Source: Abditibacterium sp. | Lineage (GTDB): Bacteria; Armatimonadota; Abditibacteriia; Abditibacteriales; Abditibacteriaceae | Reading direction: 5' to 3' | DNA length: 64,000 nucleotides | Assembly: GCA_965199495.1 (NCBI GenBank) | Contig: CBDASK010000003.1 | Span: 1,088,001 to 1,152,000, forward strand | Shown here: piece by piece, positions 46,801-56,084 of the stretch | Layout of the letters: each line of letters begins with the position of its first letter | Numbering within the stretch: position 1 is the first letter of the stretch | Made by a program: the position numbers and the translations under genes | Notes under the pieces: model-generated | Seen by the model: the letters and a program-made list of their open reading frames with translations, nothing else | What the model was told of the DNA's origin: nothing | The model's database searches: none

Positions 46801-47107
46801 GCCATTGGGTTAGCTCCGCATTGACCGTGATAAGACCGGAGCCAATCGGCACCGATTTCAGGACGCGGATGGCTTCACTCAAGTTGGCCTGACTCCACGA
46901 GTGAATTTTTCCGCCCTTTTCGATGCGATTGAAAAAGGCCAGACGCTCCAGCAGAATCGGTTCGAGCAGCAAATTCGACTTGCGCCCGCCACGCAACGCG
47001 AGCGCCGCAGAGGGTGAAAGATAGCTGAAGCCCAGGTTTTGCAGAAGATGTAGCGCGGGCAGTTGGGATACATCGTCTTCGCGCAGTGATGGAGTAAAAT
47101 CGGACAT
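43856..47107 (-). CDS. hsdR: Type I restriction endonuclease subunit R
   Basis: RPDLVLFVNG..IECK, HTQGSGKS, DECH, FTGTP, TGFDAP and QAIARVNR motifs. Confidence 0.96.
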   Translation of the reverse strand: MSDFTPSLREDDVSQLPALHLLQNLGFSYLSPSAALALRGGRKSNLLLEPILLERLAFFNRIEKGGKIHSWSQANLSEAIRVLKSVPIGSGLITVNAELTQWLLLGKSLPQTINGDTKSHTLQYIDWDPVTCLQNNVFHVTEEFEVQRTNSSELRRPDLVLFVNGIPFAVIECKRPTKGVKEAISQQLRNQKADEIPALFGTIQLLGGIATNEAKYSTVGAPDHEWSLWREDESPELQTLVRKPLSKAVKDEMFKTRTDAARAQFEALETSRLTTAQDQLLYSLFRPQRLLELAREFTLFDAGEKKVARYQQFFVVKNIIERIQARAGGDKERGGVVWHTQGSGKSLTMVMLAKAIARLELPGTKIILVNDRIELDGQILTNFSNCGMDVVKAPTGPQLPGLLKSQSSQIITTIINKFGSAAQGDPKTGRAPLRLNLPNIFVMVDECHRSQFNIFHTQMKQALPNACYLGFTGTPIKKKGVNGEMGKDTIDKFGGLIQPVYTIRQAVADGAVVPLLYEGREVPQTVDSPNLDRYFERVTRKLSDEQKADLKRKLSRADEINKVETRIEEIALDIIQHWEDNWSGKGFKAQLVAPDKATAVLYQKFLNQYSDIKNDVIISAPDTREDHVDTDESNISTVQDFWKKMMTRFGNSEKKYNDEIVAAFKGSEGPEILIVVSKLITGFDAPRDTVMYLTRSLDGHTLLQAIARVNRRFAGKDYGHIVDYRGVLGNLNQAMSFYDQLANEGYDAEDVADTVTSVAKILEDLPERWSEIWALFEGVNRADGEAMERHLAEQSKRDEFYERLTAFAKCLQIARASVTYLNSTDGATQKKYDRDFKFFESLRQSVARRYAEKVDFKDYENQIRKLLGDHVKAEAAKIIVEQFDIFDSEAFAREIAKVEGAPDLSDGAKADQIAHRLKKTAVAKMEEDPAFYEKFSRLVEEAIEDFARNRIDEATYLNRVKTLGESGSARAKELPASLRDESVAQAFYGLLRPALEPLLKAKYRSESDIDEAAAQWALQTNGIIKKALIVNWQNNEDLQNQLKIDLESAWLDGAKDSGFKWDYDDIDALLERTLEVAKRRYAQ

Positions 47108-47196
47108 AAAATTAAAAGCGCTCATCGGCTTCAATGATTTCAAAGCGTTCGAGCTTAAATATTGGTAGAGACTGTCGAGCTTGCGCCCAAACCGGT

Positions 47197-47595
47197 TTAA
47201 ACCTCAGCCAGTTTGGGCGACTTGGAGCTACGTTTGTTGATGATACGGCGCGCGGGTTTCTTCCTGACTTTAGCGGTAATAACGACTTTATCACTGGGCG
47301 CTTGGGCGATAAGTTTTAGCACGTCGGGTCTTTGTGCAACGAGGGTGAGCAAGACGCGCGCGGGGCCGGTCGGCTGGCGGCGTCCCTGTTCCCAGTTGCG
47401 CACGGTGCCCGCACTGACATCTAAAGCCTGAGAAAACGCTTTTTGCGATAGGCCCAGACTCTCGCGCAGTGGCTTCACTGCGGGAGCAGCAGGAGTGGAA
47501 AGCGTGGTGGTGCGCGTGGGTTGGGCTTCGCCGCGCACAATCGCGCCCGCCTCGCGCACGCTTTGCATCAGTTCTTCAAACAGTTCGGTTTCCAT
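47197..47595 (-). CDS. HigA-like HTH antitoxin
   Basis: LFEELMQSVREA; LGLSQKAFS..VSAGTVRNWEQGRRQPTGPA. Confidence 0.9.
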   Translation of the reverse strand: METELFEELMQSVREAGAIVRGEAQPTRTTTLSTPAAPAVKPLRESLGLSQKAFSQALDVSAGTVRNWEQGRRQPTGPARVLLTLVAQRPDVLKLIAQAPSDKVVITAKVRKKPARRIINKRSSKSPKLAEV

Positions 47596-47943
47596 TTATT
47601 TCTCCTTGGCAATCGTTTCGGACAAGGTTTCTGCTTCGACCAGAGCGCGCAACATACGCTTCTGTTCGGCGGTTAGATCGTCGGCCCGACTTTTATCGTA
47701 AATGAGTAGCAACAGGATTTGCTGCCGATCCACGAGCCGGTAATAAATCACGCGGGCACCTCCACGTTTACCGCGTCCTTCGAGCGCCACGCGTAGTTTT
47801 CTCATGCCTCCGGTGCCCTGAATGACTTGTCCCACTTCGGGATTCTCCAACAACCTGTTTTGCATTGCGCCCAACTCCTCATCCGATAGAAGCTCGACGA
47901 CATATTTAGTGAAAATTGGAGTTTCCAGAAAAGTCTGAGTCAC
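47596..47943 (-). CDS. RelE/HigB-2 family toxin
   Basis: FLETPIF, IQGTGGMRKLR, GKRGGARVIYY and LLLIYDK motifs. Confidence 0.92.
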   Translation of the reverse strand: MTQTFLETPIFTKYVVELLSDEELGAMQNRLLENPEVGQVIQGTGGMRKLRVALEGRGKRGGARVIYYRLVDRQQILLLLIYDKSRADDLTAEQKRMLRALVEAETLSETIAKEK

Positions 47944-47998
47944 CTTCCAAGTATAAGTCAGCGGCGCACCAAATGCACATTATGTAGAGCGATGTTTG

Positions 47999-48985
47999 TT
48001 AGCGTTTTCCTTTTGCTTCCCGTTCAGCTTCCTCTGATTCCAAAACTGTGAACCGTCCGTCGTCTATTCGCTGACCAAGATGGGTAATAGCCCCAAAGTT
48101 ATTTCGTCCCCTACCAATGAAGTTGCCTGTTGCGAGACCGACAATGCTGCTGCCATCTACGGCAAGAACTTCTCCGACAGAAACATCTGTTGCAGCCGAG
48201 ACTTCGGGAGACCGTCCAACGCCACCAATACGCCCCATTGCTATGGCCCCGACAGCCTGTTGTATTTGATCTTGCTGCTGCTGGTTGGTCAGTTCGGCGT
48301 CCTGATGGCGGCGCTCAATCGAAGCGTAGTCGAGCAAACCTTGCGCTTCGAGTTGCGCCATCCAACGACGGGTGCCGAATGAACCAGCCACGATGCCTTG
48401 CACCAGCAAATCCGCATCGAGTTCTTCCCAGTGCAATCCGCTCCCGCCGCCCAGCAATTCCACGCGTTCGATCAATTCGGGCGGCGCACCAGCCACGCCC
48501 TGCAAAAGCTCGACGGGCACCAGCAGAAGCGCGCCGCCGCGCAACGTCAGCGCCAGATCGCCCGACGCGCGGTCGTAACGCGCCGCGATTGCGTGCGCCT
48601 CGCGCTCGCTCGATTCCAAATCGTCAAAATCTTCCTCGTCCTCTTCAATGTCTTGTGTGTCCGCATCTGTTTCCATCGTTCGCAAACCATTATATTTGAC
48701 CAGCGACAGCAGTTTCAACGCGGGGCCAGAGGGCGATTTTTCACCGCGTTCCCACTGCGAAATCAAACCGGGCGTCACACCGAGATAACGGGCGAAGACG
48801 GCTTGACTGGCCAGAGTTTCGGCGCGAATAGCGCGGATTTGTTCGGGCGAGAGTTTCTCGACGGGCATCAGGCACGATTCGTCCAGTTCGCGCATCGTCA
48901 TTTTATCGAGTATGCCGACGCGGTGCAGTCCTTCGGCGGTGCGGTGGAGCGCCGCCATCGCGTCACTCTTGTAAGTTTTCTTCAT
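47999..48985 (-). CDS. HTH antitoxin fused to a DUF2442-like domain
   Basis: Start at MKKTYKSDA; SQAVFARYLGVT..ISQWERGEKSPSG; acidic linker; then A.YD...L.L....SGLHWEELDADL...FGTRRWM. Confidence 0.82.
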   Translation of the reverse strand: MKKTYKSDAMAALHRTAEGLHRVGILDKMTMRELDESCLMPVEKLSPEQIRAIRAETLASQAVFARYLGVTPGLISQWERGEKSPSGPALKLLSLVKYNGLRTMETDADTQDIEEDEEDFDDLESSEREAHAIAARYDRASGDLALTLRGGALLLVPVELLQGVAGAPPELIERVELLGGGSGLHWEELDADLLVQGIVAGSFGTRRWMAQLEAQGLLDYASIERRHQDAELTNQQQQDQIQQAVGAIAMGRIGGVGRSPEVSAATDVSVGEVLAVDGSSIVGLATGNFIGRGRNNFGAITHLGQRIDDGRFTVLESEEAEREAKGKR

Positions 48986-49403
48986 TGCATTTGACCTCGG
49001 TGAGTTCGCCGGTTTCGATGAGTTCATCGAGTCGGCTGTCGTCGGCATCGAGCGTTGGGCCAGCGACAAGTTTGTAGGCTTTCAGTTCGGCAACATTGAG
49101 ATTGGCGCGATTGCTTTTGGCAAAGCCGTAAACAAAAAATGTGCGGTGCGCGGCGCGGAAAAAGAGGATCGAACGAAACCCGCCCGATTTGCCCTGTCCA
49201 GGCCGCGCGATGCGCTGTTTGATGACGCCGCCACCCAAATCGGCGTCAATCAAACCGCGCTCGGCGCGTGCCACGACCTCGCACAATTGAGCGTCGCTGA
49301 TACCGTTGCGCCGCGCGAAACGAGCGAACTCCGCGAATTTGAAAACTCGCATCGCCGCCGCTTCGGGCGTCGCGCCCTCAGATTCGACGTTGAGTTCGTT
49401 CAT
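48963..49403 (-). CDS. RelE/ParE family toxin (DUF1044-like)
   Basis: FARFARR, DADLGGGVIKQRIAR.GQGKSGGFRS and YGFAKS motifs. Confidence 0.9.
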   Translation of the reverse strand: MNELNVESEGATPEAAAMRVFKFAEFARFARRNGISDAQLCEVVARAERGLIDADLGGGVIKQRIARPGQGKSGGFRSILFFRAAHRTFFVYGFAKSNRANLNVAELKAYKLVAGPTLDADDSRLDELIETGELTEVKCNEENLQE

Positions 49404-50611
49404 CTCTCACCCTCAGTGTTAGAGCGCGTCACATCATCAAGGTTCCCTGCGTTTGCCACTGCGACCGATTTTTCGCCCGAAAGCAGCAGTTGCATCAACC
49501 CGCGTTTCTGCGTTTTGAGCGCGTCGAGTTGCTTTTGCAGCAGTTGTATCTCCGACGTGGCTGCATCGAGCACATCGGCGATGCGACGTTGTTCAGCTAC
49601 TACGGGAACCTCAACTTTTAATCGAGCGAAGTTGACATATTTCAGGCTCAATGTATCGGCGACCATTCCTTGCGAGTGGCGATGAAACAGCGAAATCATC
49701 GGGCCAAACTTAAACAGGTGTCCGGCAAACTCCGCGTCGATTAACTTGGTAGGAGTGCAGACCGTGTAAGCGGGGCTGATAATACCTTCTAAGCGCGAAA
49801 CTGCCGAAACGCCCTGCCACATTCGCATCGTGTTATATCCGATGTCGCCTGGCACAATTCGCAAATAAGCCTTTTTATCTTTGTTCGAGCTATCCTTGCG
49901 TTCCATTTCGTCGCGCGGAACAACACCACGAGTTCCCGTAATGGAGAGCAAAGGTAAATCAGGACGATTTGCTTCACCCCGCTCGGAGAACAGTTCACCC
50001 AGCTTTCGCGTTTGCCACGCTTGTCCCTCGAACTCGGCAAAGCGCCGCTCGCCGGTGAGCAATTGTTGCATCAGCCCGCGTTTGTGCTGGGTTTTGGCGG
50101 CGATGAGTTGCGCCGTGTCGCCGATTGCCGCATCCCAAACGCCCAAAATGCGCGCGATTTCGATTTGTTCGGGAAGCGGCGGCCAACTCCATTCTGATTG
50201 CGAGACAGCACTCCATTTCATGCGTGGCATCTTCGAGCCATGCGAAGCTCTCAAGACGTGAGCAATGAAATCATCGTGCATCAGGAAGTAAAGTAAGAAA
50301 TCTTGGCTGAATCCTTCTTTTGAGCGCAGCACGATAATTTCAGTTGAACAAACGCCCGACATTGGCGGTTTGACTACTTTTCGCAAGTAAGGGCGCAAAC
50401 TACCAAACAGCACATCGCCCGCTTCAAACTTTCTTTTTGTGCTTTGCGTTTCCGAAGATTGGCCGATATCATCGAGCAGCAAAGTTTGCTGCTCGATGTG
50501 TTCTAAGCCGATATAAGTCAAATCTTCGTTTGCGTTGGGTTCGTAGGCATCACGTAGCTCTTGAGCGACCTCGCTCAATTTGACTTTTTTCCAACCTTTA
50601 GGCAAGCTCAT
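49400..50611 (-). CDS. hsdS: Type I RM specificity subunit
   Basis: PKGW; two TRDs; PPLPEQ.EIA.IL and EQRRIA; KRGLMQQLLTG repeats. Confidence 0.95.
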   Translation of the reverse strand: MSLPKGWKKVKLSEVAQELRDAYEPNANEDLTYIGLEHIEQQTLLLDDIGQSSETQSTKRKFEAGDVLFGSLRPYLRKVVKPPMSGVCSTEIIVLRSKEGFSQDFLLYFLMHDDFIAHVLRASHGSKMPRMKWSAVSQSEWSWPPLPEQIEIARILGVWDAAIGDTAQLIAAKTQHKRGLMQQLLTGERRFAEFEGQAWQTRKLGELFSERGEANRPDLPLLSITGTRGVVPRDEMERKDSSNKDKKAYLRIVPGDIGYNTMRMWQGVSAVSRLEGIISPAYTVCTPTKLIDAEFAGHLFKFGPMISLFHRHSQGMVADTLSLKYVNFARLKVEVPVVAEQRRIADVLDAATSEIQLLQKQLDALKTQKRGLMQLLLSGEKSVAVANAGNLDDVTRSNTEGER

Positions 50612-52287
50612 CGAAGCCCCAACTCCTTCAAACACGCGTCCATTTGCGAGCGGGTCTGGGCGAGTTGCAATTCCAACTCATCTATCTGGTCTTGCAATGC
50701 AGCCACGTCGATGGGGTCTTCGGCTTCGCTGGTGTCCACATAGCGCGCGATATTCAGATTGAAGTCGTTGCCCTCGATTTCGGCGAAGCTGGCGCGGTGC
50801 GCGTATTTATCGGCGCCCTCGAACGCCCGATAAGTCTCGACAACTTTGTCGATGTCCTGCGCGCGCAGCTTGTTTTGCTTTTTCTCGTCGCCAAAGTCGC
50901 GCGAGGCATCAATGAACAGCACGTCGGTTGATTCGCGTCCGCGCTCGAAAATCAAGATCGCGGCGGGAATGCCGGTGCCGAAAAACAGGTTGGTCGGCAA
51001 ACCGACGACCGCTTTGAGCAGGTTCTCTTCGATGAGTTTCTGTCGAATCGTGCCTTCGGCGCCGCCCCGAAACAACACGCCGTGCGGCACGATAACGCCC
51101 ATGCGTCCGCCCTGCGCGGTCGTCTCGATCATGTGCGAGATGAACGCATAATCGCCCTTGCTTTTGGGCGGCACGCCGCGCCAGAAGCGGTTATAACCTT
51201 TGGCCGAGGGCGTTTTCTTGTCCAGACCGGCTTCGATTGTGGCGGCTTCGGCGCCCCATTTATCGAGCGAAAACGGCGGATTGGCGACGACGATATCGAA
51301 CTTCATCAAACGGTCGCCTTCGATGAGACGCGGATTGTTGAGCGTATCGCCCCACTCGATGCGCGCCGAATCTAAGCCGTGCAAGAACATATTCATGCGG
51401 CACAGCGCCCACGTCGAGCCGTTGTTTTCCTGCCCGAACAGCGAGAAGTTTTTCGAGGGCGAACCGTCGGCGTTGGTCACCTGATGCGCGACCTGAATCA
51501 GCAGCGAGCCGCTGCCATCGGCGGGATCGCAGATGCGATCGCCAGGCTGCGGGTCAACTAACCGGGCAAGCAAATGCGAAACCTCTTTGGGCGTATAAAA
51601 CTCGCCCGCCTTTTTGCCCGCGTCAGCAGCAAAGCGGTCAATCAAATACTCGTAAACATCGCCGAACACATCGCGCTTTTGCGCGTGCGTCAAAGCCAAA
51701 TCCAAACGTTCATCGGCAAAGTCTTCCAACAGATTTTTGAGCCGCCGCTTCTTCTCGGCGGGCTGTCCCAAGTTGGCTTCGGAGTTGAAATCAATGTTGC
51801 GAAAAACGCCGTTGAGCTTCGATTTGTTGGCGTCTTCGATGCTTTCCAAAGCCTTGTTGATGAGGTCGCCGATGTTGTCTTGTTCGCGCGCCGCAAACAG
51901 CGAATCGAAATCGCTGCCAACGGGCAATACGAACCGTTGGCGCGCCAAATCGCGTTCGACGCGGGTTTCGTCGTCGCGGTATTTCTCGCGCAGTTCGGCG
52001 CGGATTTGCTTCCACAAATCGGACAGATACTTGAGGAACAACATCGTCAAAATGTAGTTCTTGTAATCGGATGGCTCGACCGTGCCGCGAAAGGTATCGC
52101 AAGCGCGCCAAACCAGTTGGTTGAGTTCATCCTGCGTGATCGCAGTGCGAACCGGCTTGCCCGTGGCTGCTGCGGGCGGACTTCCGGGCGCGGCATCGGG
52201 AGCGGGCGCCGCTTCGGGATGAGCGAGCGGCAATTCAGTTTCTGGCGCATGAGAAAGCGGCAGCAATTGTTGGTCTTGATTTTTCAT
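50608..52287 (-). CDS. hsdM: Type I RM methyltransferase subunit (m6A)
   Basis: GEFYTP, DPADGSG motif I, NPPF motif IV, PHGVLFRG. Confidence 0.96.
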   Translation of the reverse strand: MKNQDQQLLPLSHAPETELPLAHPEAAPAPDAAPGSPPAAATGKPVRTAITQDELNQLVWRACDTFRGTVEPSDYKNYILTMLFLKYLSDLWKQIRAELREKYRDDETRVERDLARQRFVLPVGSDFDSLFAAREQDNIGDLINKALESIEDANKSKLNGVFRNIDFNSEANLGQPAEKKRRLKNLLEDFADERLDLALTHAQKRDVFGDVYEYLIDRFAADAGKKAGEFYTPKEVSHLLARLVDPQPGDRICDPADGSGSLLIQVAHQVTNADGSPSKNFSLFGQENNGSTWALCRMNMFLHGLDSARIEWGDTLNNPRLIEGDRLMKFDIVVANPPFSLDKWGAEAATIEAGLDKKTPSAKGYNRFWRGVPPKSKGDYAFISHMIETTAQGGRMGVIVPHGVLFRGGAEGTIRQKLIEENLLKAVVGLPTNLFFGTGIPAAILIFERGRESTDVLFIDASRDFGDEKKQNKLRAQDIDKVVETYRAFEGADKYAHRASFAEIEGNDFNLNIARYVDTSEAEDPIDVAALQDQIDELELQLAQTRSQMDACLKELGLR

Positions 52288-52315
52288 GGTGGTTTGAGGT
52301 GTGGGTCAGAGGAAG

Positions 52316-52348
52316 CAACGTCTCAGTAGGATTACTGCTGAGACGTTG
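52316..52348. terminator. Stem-loop between the TIR gene and hsdM
   Basis: caacgtctcagtag-gatta-ctgctgagacgttg. Confidence 0.55.
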
Positions 52349-52379
52349 GAAAAAGACCGCTTAGGTTCGATCTAAATCT

Positions 52380-53255
52380 TCAGTCGCGTAGAACTTCGGC
52401 TAATTGTTGGGCGATTTCTGCGACTGTATTGGTAGAGGAGTTGAGCGCGATTTTATCGGCCAGTGAGGGGCTGAATTGAGTCACTTCGTCTTTTGAGACT
52501 TTGTGCCAGATAGGAAGGATGACCTTCTTGCCTTGCATCTCTTTAGCAACGAGACCGTTCAGTTCGTAGGCGGGCCAGTTTTTAGCGAAGAAAGCGCTGG
52601 AAAACACGACCACTCCGAAACGGGAGTTGGCGAGTCCCCTATCAATGGATTGACGCAAGCTGTCTCCGACTTTGAGCGTCAGTTCATCGAACCACACGTC
52701 AAAGCCAGACTCGATCAGAGCTTCGGCGAGAGGGCGCACGAACTCCTCCTTATCTTCGCTGGCGTGTGAAATGAACACATCATAAGCGACGGGTTCAGCG
52801 GTCGGTGAAGAGGTTGGGGGTGACTGCGCCAGTTGGCGTTGGCGTTGAATTTCAGAGGTCACAGCTTTTTCGCGGTCGAGTCGCTCACGATGGCGCTTTT
52901 TATCCGCGTCTTCCAACTTTTTCTGATGATCTTGGTGCTTTCTGTTTTCACTTTCGACTTCTCTGCTCAACTGTTGTTCGTAGCGGTTGAGGTCTTTGGT
53001 TTTGTCGGCTAATTTTCGCCCCAAATCCGCTTTTTTGGTGGCGATTTTAGCTAAATCGTCGTTACAGCGTGCTATGTCGCGCAACTTGGATTCGAGAGTA
53101 GACGCGCTAACGTTGCCGCGAATCGCGGATTGGGCTGAGTTAAGTTTGCGAATGGCATCGCCATCGTCTTTGTTCTGCCGAGACATCTGCGTGTTCAAAT
53201 CGGCGATGTCGCGGCGCAGACGGTCAATTGTGCTTTGTGTAGAGGAGATGGACAT
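52380..53255 (-). CDS. Coiled-coil + TIR domain protein (TirS/BtpA/TcpC-like, putative NADase)
   Basis: YDVFISHASEDK, GDSLRQSID and WPAYEL with the catalytic Glu. Confidence 0.92.
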   Translation of the reverse strand: MSISSTQSTIDRLRRDIADLNTQMSRQNKDDGDAIRKLNSAQSAIRGNVSASTLESKLRDIARCNDDLAKIATKKADLGRKLADKTKDLNRYEQQLSREVESENRKHQDHQKKLEDADKKRHRERLDREKAVTSEIQRQRQLAQSPPTSSPTAEPVAYDVFISHASEDKEEFVRPLAEALIESGFDVWFDELTLKVGDSLRQSIDRGLANSRFGVVVFSSAFFAKNWPAYELNGLVAKEMQGKKVILPIWHKVSKDEVTQFSPSLADKIALNSSTNTVAEIAQQLAEVLRD

Positions 53256-53258
53256 AGT

Positions 53259-53843
53259 TTAAGTTTCTGAGCGCGCGAGTTGGAGCGTGAGAGCATCCAT
53301 CCACTGCACGCGCTTTTCAGTCAGTTCTTGGGCGAGTTTTTGTTCTCGCCGGTGCATCCCATCAAGTTGGGCGATTTGGTTTTGGGTTTTGAGTGATGGC
53401 ACATCAATTTCGATTTCTTCGACAACACTACGCGAAATCACCGGAATGTTGGTTTTATGAGCGAGCGCCATCAAAGCAGCTTGCGTTTCGGGATGATTGA
53501 GAAACCACGCCAGATAAGCAGGCGCGAGTTGCTTCGTATCGTGGGGACGTAGAATCCAGAAAAGATGAACGGCAATGGTATTTTCGACGGGCACATTTAC
53601 GAGCGTGGCGCTAAAGCGACGCCCACGACCGAGGAAGAGCACATCACCCTGCTTAACGGCGTAGGCTTCGACATTCTTGCGAGGTCGAGCGCTTTCAATT
53701 TCGTCGGGCAGAAAATTCCCAGCTTCGACATCCTTAATTTGAATGACACGAACTGGTTCTGTATCGGTTGTTTCGTCCTTCAACCCGCCCCGGAACTGAT
53801 AGCCGGAACGGATTGAAGTAAGGTCAGTGAGTCGATGTCTCAT
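53259..53843 (-). CDS. Single-TRD HsdS-like protein
   Basis: SGYQFR, VIQIKD, GDVLF, YLAWFLN and VPSLKTQNQI motifs; ~194 aa from MRHRL. Confidence 0.8.
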   Translation of the reverse strand: MRHRLTDLTSIRSGYQFRGGLKDETTDTEPVRVIQIKDVEAGNFLPDEIESARPRKNVEAYAVKQGDVLFLGRGRRFSATLVNVPVENTIAVHLFWILRPHDTKQLAPAYLAWFLNHPETQAALMALAHKTNIPVISRSVVEEIEIDVPSLKTQNQIAQLDGMHRREQKLAQELTEKRVQWMDALTLQLARSET

Positions 53844-53850
53844 GATGTAT

Positions 53851-54492
53851 CTATTCACTCTGGCGAACGCGAAAGGGAAGCGGCTGATCTTGCCAGCGTT
53901 CGAGCGCCTCCGTGCCTGTCGCATAGCAGGGCAAATACGGCTCGTCCGGCGTGGGTTGCAGCCAACCAGTTCGCTCGGCGACTAAACCGCCATCAGGCAA
54001 ATTAGGATTGATGACGCTGCCCCCGAACGAACTACGCCCCCAAGATGAGATTGCCAAGCTCTTCATCTCCTCGTTTAGCGTCCAAACCCGCCACACATCG
54101 TTTTCATCTCCCGTTGTGGTGAAGAAGAAACTCACCCAGGGAGCGGGCAATTTTTCGGCATGGTATCGCTGGAGTTCTTCCATGCTAAGAACGAGGTGCT
54201 CTTGCTGAATTTGGCAGAAAACCAAGGCATCATCGTTGGGATAGGTGCGCGGCCCGATGATGAGTTCGGGATAACGTGGGTGCTGCTGCCAACGTCTTTC
54301 ACTCTCAGAGTCCAGCCAAACGAAAGGTTGGCGCGGCGGGTTGTTAGTCTGCTCGGTGAAGAGGTCGCCTAACTTCTCAGGAGCGATGTTCTTTTGCAAG
54401 TCGCAAAAGATGGCGCGCGGAGTCGTGTGCGCCGGTGTCGTGGTTTGGTAGCAGACCGCGACGGGTGCCACCAATTCAATTTGAACCAACAT
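53851..54492 (-). CDS. Hypothetical protein at the head of the defence operon
   Basis: 213-aa ORF ending 7 nt before the HsdS-like gene. Confidence 0.6.
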   Translation of the reverse strand: MLVQIELVAPVAVCYQTTTPAHTTPRAIFCDLQKNIAPEKLGDLFTEQTNNPPRQPFVWLDSESERRWQQHPRYPELIIGPRTYPNDDALVFCQIQQEHLVLSMEELQRYHAEKLPAPWVSFFFTTTGDENDVWRVWTLNEEMKSLAISSWGRSSFGGSVINPNLPDGGLVAERTGWLQPTPDEPYLPCYATGTEALERWQDQPLPFRVRQSE

Positions 54493-55858
54493 AATGTGTT
54501 AGCGTTCAGCCCAGCTTCTCGACATTGAAGCCAAGCGTTTGCCTTCAACGCGATCTCTCTGGATTGGCGCGAAGGTCTTGGTTTGAAAGATAGAGAGCAA
54601 ACAACTAAACTGATAAATGAACTCCAATCAGTCCACATCTCTATCAAGGGCCAGTGGTCAGGTTTGATTAAGGCTTCGTGTTGGTAGCACGGAGCCTTAC
54701 CCTTTCTCAAAGCGCGATGTCGTCGCACTTCAAATTTACCCCTGTTCGCATTAGCGATAAATAAATTATATCGCATAACTCCGTAGAGTGCAAGTCATAA
54801 ACGGATAAAAATCCAACTTATTTTTGCGCGCGGCTTTTGGCCGATATTTGCAGCCAAGTATCGGCCTGATCGCGAGCTGTATTCTGTTCATTTTAGCATT
54901 AGATTACGTTCAACCCGAATTGAGCCTAATAGTCGTTCGTATCAACATCAAGAAGGATCTGGCCTCAAGCACTTATGCTTATGGCCAGTCTTCCCCCATC
55001 TCCTGCGCCAGCGAATATTTGGTGCTGGCCGAGGCAAACTTCCCCAGTCCTCAACTCGCTATCTACGCTAAAGGCACCACCGAAGCGGAAAGTCATCTGT
55101 TCCCATCTTTCGTAAGTTTTGAACCGCGTAAATCAAATTGACATTGATGACGCCTGATGCAAGTGCTGAATAGTTGCGCAGACAGTTTTCTAACGTTGAC
55201 CTCTCAGGGATTCAAGGGCAGTAGGCGATAAAAGAGGCTGACACTTTAGCATTCCCCCCTATTAGCGCCGCCTATGGGCCTTAGGTGCGTTGGGGACGGA
55301 GTAGGCAGGTTACTACTCCCCTACCGCCTAATAACGGCAGCATGGGGCCTCTACGCGCAGACGCGAACCCTCCCCATTCGATTTGCTCAGACGAATGCAT
55401 TTAATCTTCGTCCATATCCTCTGTTTTCAGCCAGCAATTGATAGAAGCCGTGAGCGAGGCAAGCGGTAGTTGTGCCATGCCTGGCAATATCAATCCCAGA
55501 GGCGAATTTGCACTCGTGATGCCCCTCATCGAAAGGTTTTACCTGATGGGTTTAGAAGTGCCTGGCAAGCCGAAGAAGAGGCGGAACGCAAAGACCAAAC
55601 AAAAAGTTACTTTGCGACGCATAAAACTTCAGTCCCTCAAGGATGGAACTCACTCCAAATCTCACTGCCACCGCCACTTCTCCTCCTTCCGTCGAAATGG
55701 GGAGTAGTTTGAATTAGGTGAAACAGAATTCGCAGAGTTGAGAAGCTTCTCTAAAATGTAAAATCCCACGGGATGCCTTGCCACTCTATGGCAGTATCGA
55801 ATTAGCCAAAAAGGAGGCTTTTCAGGCTTACCTTCCATATTCACAAAATCAGAGACCA

Positions 55859-56084
55859 CATGGAAGCTAACAGACCACATGGATGCAACGGAAATTGGGT
55901 ATTTCACGAGTTTTAGAATCGTTGCGGTGGCCCATGCCGATTAAGGCTAAATAGCCCCATAAGCGATCAAGCAAATCCACTCAAATTTGCGTGTCGCGAT
56001 TCGCTCTCTAAATCGGATACCTCATGGAAGCTAACATACCACATGGATGCCACGGAAATCGGGTATTTCACGAGTTTTAGAATC
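55859..56084. repeat. Two 62-bp direct repeats (164-bp period)
   Basis: catggaagctaaca(g/t)accacatggatgc(a/c)acggaaat(t/c)gggtatttcacgagttttagaatc at 55859-55920 and 56023-56084; 3 mismatches. Confidence 0.9.

Noticed and set aside
54369..55907. Short ORFs 54369-54776, 54824-55141, 55438-55707, 55470-55712 and 55662-55907
   Set aside because: Mutually overlapping, weak starts and no motifs; cannot be supported as genes
55859..56084. Possible CRISPR array
   Set aside because: Only two copies, a 62-bp repeat with a ~100-bp spacer, and no cas genes in the window
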